Shown here one piece after another: positions 23,050 to 34,230 of a stretch of DNA of 34,230 nucleotides. Made by a program: the position numbers and the translations under genes. The notes beneath the pieces were generated by a model. It was not told the DNA's origin and made no database searches. It was given only the letters and a program-made list of their open reading frames with translations. Source of the DNA: Malacoraja senta (Eukaryota); contig JAXLNO010000623.1 of NCBI GenBank assembly GCA_038087875.1, positions 1 to 34,230 on the forward strand. Reading direction: 5' to 3'. The first letter of the stretch is position 1. Each line of letters starts with the position of its first letter.

Positions 23050-23249
23050 TGTGCACGTCGGGTTGATTGCAGGGTGGACCACGTGAAGGTTGCAATCTCC
23101 CACCCTGCTGCCAACTTGAAGAGATCCCTTCACGTCAACACCTAAACCACTAGAACTGTAGACCATTCAGAAGCATATCAATGGTATGGTTCCATGATTA
23201 ACATGTGGTAATCCCCGGATGGTGTGTCTGGGAGAAAGGTTTTTTTTCT

Positions 23250-24645
23250 CATAAGTCCATGCTCATGTGATAGGAGCAGAATTGGGCCATTCTGCCCATC
23301 AAGTCTACTCCGCCATTCAATCACGGCTGATCTGTCTTTCCAATTTAACCCCATTCTCCTGCCTTCTCCCAATAACCCCAGACACCCATACTAATCAAGA
23401 ATCTGTCTATCTCTGCCTTTAAATTATCCATTGACTTGGCCTCCACACCCTTCTGTGGCAATGAACACCACAGGGATTAAGGAGGACTATCAGGTGGGTT
23501 CCCAATATCACTGTGGGGCTTATATTTGTACCTGGGTACCCAGAGGATGCAGTGGATTTGGGGAAACAGGTGCAAAATGGAGACACCCTCCAGAAGAAAA
23601 AAATAACAATTTTATTTATTTAGACTTGCACCAAGCCATGATATGTAATAGTGATCACTTTAGTACAGTATATCCACTTTTATTCCTCATCTTTTCTCCA
23701 TGATTGATTAGAAAATGATCTCGCTCAGCTGTACAATAAGTTGATTATTGTTCTCATAAATGTATAGGAGCAGAATTAGGCCATTCAGCCCATCAAGTTG
23801 ACTCCGCCCTTCAATCGTGGCTGATCTGTCTTTCCTTCTCAACCCAATTCTCCTGTCTTCTCCCCATAACCCTCGACAACCTCGTTCGTCAAGAATTGGT
23901 CAATCTCTGCCTTAAAAAAAAACTCGCGACCCTCTCCAGAGCCAGAACATCCTTCCTCAGATTTGGAGCCCAAATCGGCTCACGATATTCCAAATGCGGT
24001 CAATAGACAATAGACAATAGACAATAGAAAATAGATGCAGGAGTAGGCCATTCGGCCCTTCGAGCCAACACCGCCATTCAATGTGATCATGGCTGATCAT
24101 CCCCAATCAGTACCCCGTTCCTGCCTTCTCCCCATATCCCCTGACTCCCTATCTAGCTCTCTCTTGAAAGCATCCAGAGAACCTGCCTCCACCGCCCTCT
24201 GAGGCAGAGAATTCCACAGACTCACCACTCTGTGAGAAAAAGTGTTTCCTCGTCTCCGTTCTAAATGGCTTACTCCTTATTCTTAAACTGTGGCCCCTGG
24301 TTCTGGACTCCCCCAACATCGGGAACATGTTTCCTGCCTCTAGCGTGTCCAAACCCTTAACAATCTCATATGTTTCAATGAGATGCCCTCTCATCCTTCT
24401 AAACTCCAGACCTGACTGGTGCCTTATAAAGCCTTCACATTGCATCTCTGTTTTTGTATTCTAGTCCTCTCGAAATAAATGCTGGCATTGCTATTCGCCT
24501 CCTTTACTATCGATTCGATTTGCAAATTAACATTGGAAATCCTGCACCAGCGCTCCCAAGTCACTTTGCCCCTCCGATTCCAGAATTGTCTCCCCATTTA
24601 GAAAATAGTCTATACCTTTATTCCCACTACCAAAATGCATGACTC
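23250..24645 (-). mobile_element. Cluster of CR1 fragments, including a younger 3' end (24001-24408) nested in an older copy
   Basis: (CAATAGA)n tail at 24001; LEFRRMRGHLIETY; older CR1 resumes on both sides. Confidence 0.85.
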
Positions 24646-24749
24646 CACTACACTTTGAGTTCTCTCCTACTCTTTGGGTACCATCTGAATTATGCATTAA
24701 GGAATGTGCTCATGTGGACGCTAATAAACGTATTAAAAGTTATCTTTTA

Positions 24750-24818
24750 CCACCAAGGCAAATTCCTTGTATGTGAATACTTGGCCAATAAACGTACTTA
24801 CTTACTTACTTACTTACT
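24750..24818 (+). mobile_element. Rex1-like 3' tail with (TACT)n
   Basis: aaattccttgtatgtgaatacttggccaataaa followed by tandem TACT. Confidence 0.6.
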
Positions 24819-27235
24819 TGTCTTCTCGCCCTAAGAGACGATGAATCAATGTATTGGACTGCGCGATGCCCTTTATATATTTTACAATTGGCAGCAATTG
24901 TGTTACGACTAAAGTTTTGGCTCGCTGCGCTGAGCTAAAGTTCCAACCCTTAAAAATAGGACACAGGGGCACAAATAGGAATGAACAGGAGGGTTTATGA
25001 ATATTTGAAAAAGAAAAAGAAAAAGAAATGCGAACAGCCTTATTCGGCGTCACCCAGAAAGTTAGAAAGCACCCCCTTGGAGAACAGCATACATTGCATA
25101 TAAAAGCATCTCTCAAACACTGCGTATCCTCTCCATTTCATTATTCCCCCGATGCTCTATAACGCGCAGACATAATAAGACAAGGAAGAAACAAACGTTG
25201 GTAACTTCGCCACAGTTTCTCTTCATATACGATTTTAAGACATTTTGAAACACCCTATAAAAACATGCAAATCTTTAATTGAACCGATGATGCACTCATG
25301 CGCAAAATCTCCCAAATTGTGTTTAAAACCTTGCCTGTGCTAACTGAAACTCAAACCTGTACCTCACAAAGTTTTTTTTTAAAGAAAGGCTTTGGATGAA
25401 AGCAATTCTTTTTTTTTTTAAACGCTGTGAAATCTTCATCTAAAACAGGAGAGCGGTTTATGCGGCGATTCGCCTTTTACTCCCCCTACGCCACCGATGG
25501 TGCCATTTACATTGACCGTATAGTGAAATGTAAACTGCTTTCTAACGTAGATTCTGAGCATTAAATATGCTTTCCATATAAATTGTAAAGACGGAGTTGC
25601 TCGAGTGACCTTGCGTCTTTTTGTTTCACTTGAAGATTAATTCAAACAGAACAAATTCCCATTGAAATCTCATCTCAGAAGCCACTTCTGCCGGCTAGAC
25701 CGATTTGTCTTACAAAGTGATGCTGTCCATATTCTACCAGAGCCCAGGGTCGCGAACACACCCTGCACGTAAAAACCCCACAGCACACAACCTTTCAACA
25801 GGACATTTCGATTCATCTGACATCTCCCTATATCTTAATTTTAAACTTTGAAAGAACTTTTTTTTAAAAGACAAATTCTGAAAGTGGTCTCATCTATGTC
25901 AGGCAACATATATTTACTGATGCCCTTTTTATTTTTATTTAAAGTGTTTTGTAAACATACTTTCAGATTTTAGTCTTTTTGTCGTTAGGTATTTTTTTTT
26001 AACCTATCCTTATTTTTTTTATTTACTTTTGTTTATTTTGCTAAATCCGAAATAAGGTTAAAAATGTGTGTCTTTTTCCGTGACTATCAAAAAGTGCTTT
26101 TAAAACCAGAGCATCCTTAATATACCCTTCCTATCGTCTCTGGGGAAAAATCTTGTTAATGTTGTGTGCCTGCTTGCTATGAAAAACAATGGTCCTTTGA
26201 CACTTTACAATTGATATGTTTATTATTTAGCGAACGTGAAAAGCTACTTTTGCTATTTATTTATTTTTAAAAAACTGCGCAAAAAAATGTTAGCGGCTGG
26301 TGGGGTTATGTTAAAAACCGACGCCACCAGACTAAACAATCGCCAAGTAAAGTTTGCTTAAAAGGCCGCCCGAAAAAAAAAGGCAGCTTTGTTCCCATTT
26401 AACTTAGTCGCATGTTAAAATATTTTTGTTATGATAATATTGCAAAAAGCGAGATGCAAAGTAGCCTATCATATCAAAGCGCTGTCTTTAGAATATGAGC
26501 GCCCCCGGAACCTCCACTTGGCGCGTTTAAATGCACCAGTTTAAAGGCGATTGTCTCTTTGGCTCTAATGACATTTACCGGATCAGAACACGCTGTTAAT
26601 TCGATCATCAAGCTTTGCCCTCTTGAACAATGCCAGAGTAATTTTTCCCAAAGTTTGTTAAAATGATCAAAATTAGGCAAATGAATGGGGATCGCCAGGC
26701 TGTGGTTAGTTGCAGGTGACACTGAATAATACACATTTCGACCAGCTGCATTTTCCCTTTTACTTTTTTCTTTTCTCTCTGTCTCTTTCCTCCACAATGC
26801 TTAAAGATCTCCCATTATTAAAATTTAGGCCAACGAAACTATTCATTCGTTTCAATGGACATTTTCTTATAGGATAATAGGCTACAAATTGAGCTCACCA
26901 AATCGAATCCGGTGGTGGGTGAACCCGCGTGCCAAAGTCTGCTGGTCTGGTTTAGCAGCGAGCAATCTTCGTGTGCCAGCCCTTGCTCACACACCTGCCG
27001 AGGTCTCCAATAAATAATGAGTGGAAACAAAAAGCTTGCCATCTCCCATAAAATGGATGTGTCACCAAGTCGTGTGAGAACAAACGGGAGCCTTCCCTTT
27101 CCCTTGAACTCGGCGGAACAGCCTATTAAAGGCTTACTTAATTACTTTAATGACTCCGGACATGCTTGGAGGCTGGGAATCGCTGGTTTTTTTCTTTTTC
27201 TTTAGTTTTGCAAAATGGAAAGGGAGAGGGGAAGC

Positions 27236-27290
27236 AGAGAGAGAGAGGGAGGGAGGGGGGGAGAGGAGGAGGAGGAGGAGGAGGAGGAGG
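27236..27290 (+). repeat. (GA)n/(GGA)n polypurine tract
   Basis: Direct inspection. Confidence 0.9.
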
Positions 27291-27369
27291 GCAGAAACAT
27301 GTTCAGTTTGTTTGTCCCTTTTCTCGTGCGCACTGCGCTCTGATGGATCGGTAGAGACACCAGCCTTAG

Positions 27370-27710
27370 TTCACATTTCCCGCCGTTTTATTACCATGCA
27401 AATCATATTCCAAAGACCATCGCGTGTCTTTTGAAGAGCCACGTGGATTAACAAAGCCGGACTGGCCCTTTCTCACCTCTGGTATAGTGCCTCGGCCACC
27501 TCTTTAGCCACCTTATTCCCCAATGCCCCGCTCTCTAATCCGCAGGAATAATCCCAGGCAATGAATGCGCTGGACTCCTTAATGATGGCTTTATAAGGAG
27601 CCACTTTCAGCCTGGGAAGGAGCACAGTCGAGTTTTTGCAGGGAAGCAGACGGGGAGGAAAAGCTTTAGCTGCTCAGGGGCGAAACTATTTTAATTGCCC
27701 AGTTTATCCC
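27370..27710 (+). promoter_or_regulatory. Putative HELT proximal promoter / 5' UTR
   Basis: TTTCCCGCC 27376, octamer ATGCAAAT 27396, CACGTG 27440, GGATTA 27445, AACAAAG 27450, CCAAT 27520, TAATCC 27536 and 27549, TATA-like TATAAG 27592; non-repetitive and directly 5' of the ATG. Confidence 0.6.
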
Positions 27711-32377
<4,667 letters not shown>

Positions 32378-32411
32378 AGAGAAATGCTCGCCCGGCGGGT
32401 GCCAGCCAACG

Positions 32412-32850
32412 CGGAACTGCAGATGCTGGTTTATACCAAAGATAGGCACCAAGCGCTGGAGTAACTCAGCGGGTCAGGCAGCATCTCTGGAGGGGGAAAA
32501 AGGAATAGGTGACGTTTCGGGGTCGGGACCTTTCTTCAGACTCCTGACTGAAACTTCACCCATCCACCTTCTTCATAAATTTATAATTCATTGGAGTAGA
32601 ATTAGACCATTCGGCCCATCAAGTCTACTCCGCCATTCAAGCATGGATGATCTATCTTTCCCTCTCAACCCCATTCTCCTGCCTTCTCCCCGTAAACCCC
32701 TCCTGACACCCGTACAAATCCCGTACTTCTCCACAGATGCTGCCTGACCCGCTGAGTTACTCCAGCACTCTGTGAAACGTCACCTATCCATGTTCTCCAC
32801 AGATGCTGCCTGACCCGCTGAGTTACTCCTGCTGTTCGTGTCTGTCTTCG
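32412..32850. mobile_element. Penelope-derived inverted repeat with nested CR1 tail (about 32578-32715, -), just 3' of the HELT stop
   Basis: gctggagtaactcagcgggtcaggcagcatct versus agatgctgcctgacccgctgagttactcc (two copies). Confidence 0.85.
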
Positions 32851-33194
32851 GACGCAAACGATTCATAACTTAAAGCCCATTAAATATTTTATTTTCTGAT
32901 CGGAACAAATTCGTAACAGCACCACTGCATTCAACATTACACTATTTATCACACGATTTCGCGGTCAATGTCACTTGTCAACGCACCAGTCGAGAGAAAA
33001 TCGAAACTAAATACTGCTGTGTTTCAGCTCTCCGCACTGATAGCGCCGGTCGAGTTGTACGCCTATCCTACGCCGCAATATTTATGTTGATAACGAGAAT
33101 GGTTTTGCAAATGAAGAATATATGAATGAGAAAATGATGTATCTCATTGTACAATCCTCTAACGGCGTAACAGGTCGCTGCCAATTCATGGGAC

Positions 33195-34230
33195 GCAAAG
33201 TGCTGGCGTAACGCATCGGGTCAGGCAGCATCTCCTAGAAACATTGAAACATAGAAAAATAGGCGCGGGAGTAGGCCATTCGGCCCTTCGAGCCAGCACC
33301 GCCATTCAATATGATCATGGCTGATCATCTAAAATCAGTGCCCCGTTCCCGCTTTTCCCCACATATCCCTTGATTCCTTTAGCAGCCGTAAGAGCAAAAT
33401 CTAACTCTCTCTTGAAATCTCTGGAGAACATGGACAGGGAAAGTTTCGCATTCCCGGTGCATCTAAGGAGGGGTCCCGACCCGAAACGTCGCCTATCCAT
33501 GCTCTCAGCATCTCATGTTTCGCTTGGGCATCTTACAACCCCAGCGGTATGAATATTGACTCCTCTAACTTCAAGTAACCCTTGCTTCCCCTCTCTCGCC
33601 ACCTCTCCCCCATCCTAGTTCCCCGCCCAGTCTGACAGTCCCCCTGATAAAATTAAATATTTTTGTGCGCCTCGTTGTCACCTTCCCCGAGCTAACGATG
33701 ATCCTTGAACAACGTCCCCTTTGATGTCCCGTTTTCACACCTTACCCTTCCTTATCTCTGTGCCTCCCTCCCCTCGACTCTCAGTCTGAAGTAGGGTCTC
33801 GACCCGAAACGTCACCCATTCCTTCTCTCCAGAGATGCTGCCTGTCCCGCTGAGTTACTCCAGCATTTCCCCGTGTCTCCTTTTGTAAACCAGCATCTGC
33901 AAGTTCACTGTTTCAACGCCGATAATAAGTGTTTGGCTCGTTTTTTTTTGTTTTTTTAAGAGGTCTGCCCTGATTTCAGGAAACGAGCGGTCATATTCCT
34001 GAATTTCAATACGTTTTTAACCAGGACTGTTCGGGCCTCTCCGTCCCTCTTGGGCGACTACCCCCGGGACCGGGTTGAGTCTGTGGAATTCTCTGACTCA
34101 GAGGGCGGTGGAGGCAGGTTCTCTGGATGCTTTCAAGAGAGAGAGAGAGCTAGATAGGGCTCTTAAAGATAGCGGAGTCAGGGGATATGGGGAGAAGGCA
34201 GGAACGGGGTACTGATTGGGAAGGATCAGC
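33195..34230. mobile_element. Penelope terminal fragments, CR1 tail (-, about 33245-33420), Penelope 3' end (+, about 33500-33905), CR1 3' end (+, 34077-34230)
   Basis: LQPSGMNID, ctgaagtagggtctcgacccgaaacgtc, CR1 3' UTR motifs. Confidence 0.82.

Larger units (their letters stand above)
22641..23106 (-). mobile_element. Vingi-like short element with (AAG)n tail and 11-bp TSD GCTGCCAACTT, containing a nested insert
   Basis: Minus strand ends CAACTTTAG..GCCATACGCAAGAAGAAG; TSD at 22630-22640 and 23107-23117. Confidence 0.7.

Overview
Eukaryotic, repeat-dense vertebrate DNA, most likely from a cartilaginous fish such as a skate or ray (inferred from the HER1/CR1-type LINE tails and tRNA-headed SINEs). 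The only host gene is HELT (bHLH-Orange, Heslike/Megane): four coding exons on + (27711-27737, 28073-28177, 28294-28390, 31887-32377; 720 nt, 239 aa). It sits in a repeat-free stretch of about 3.7 kb with a motif-rich promoter. The rest is nested transposon debris: CR1, L1, Tx1, Rex1/Babar, Penelope, RTE-, Vingi- and HERO-like pieces, SINEs, a Harbinger-like MITE and a non-autonomous Helitron. The most unusual signals are: (1) a non-circularly rearranged hammerhead-like RNA in a HERO-like 3' UTR, inserted with a 32-bp duplication into an element with an HDV-ribozyme-like head; (2) minimal hammerheads in Penelope-derived hairpins, one of them just after the HELT stop codon; (3) a 1.7-kb Helitron with a duplicated TATA/Inr cassette and hierarchical tandem arrays; (4) two related GC-rich elements ending in different LINE tails. 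Repeat boundaries are read by eye and approximate; family names come from motif recognition, not database searches.
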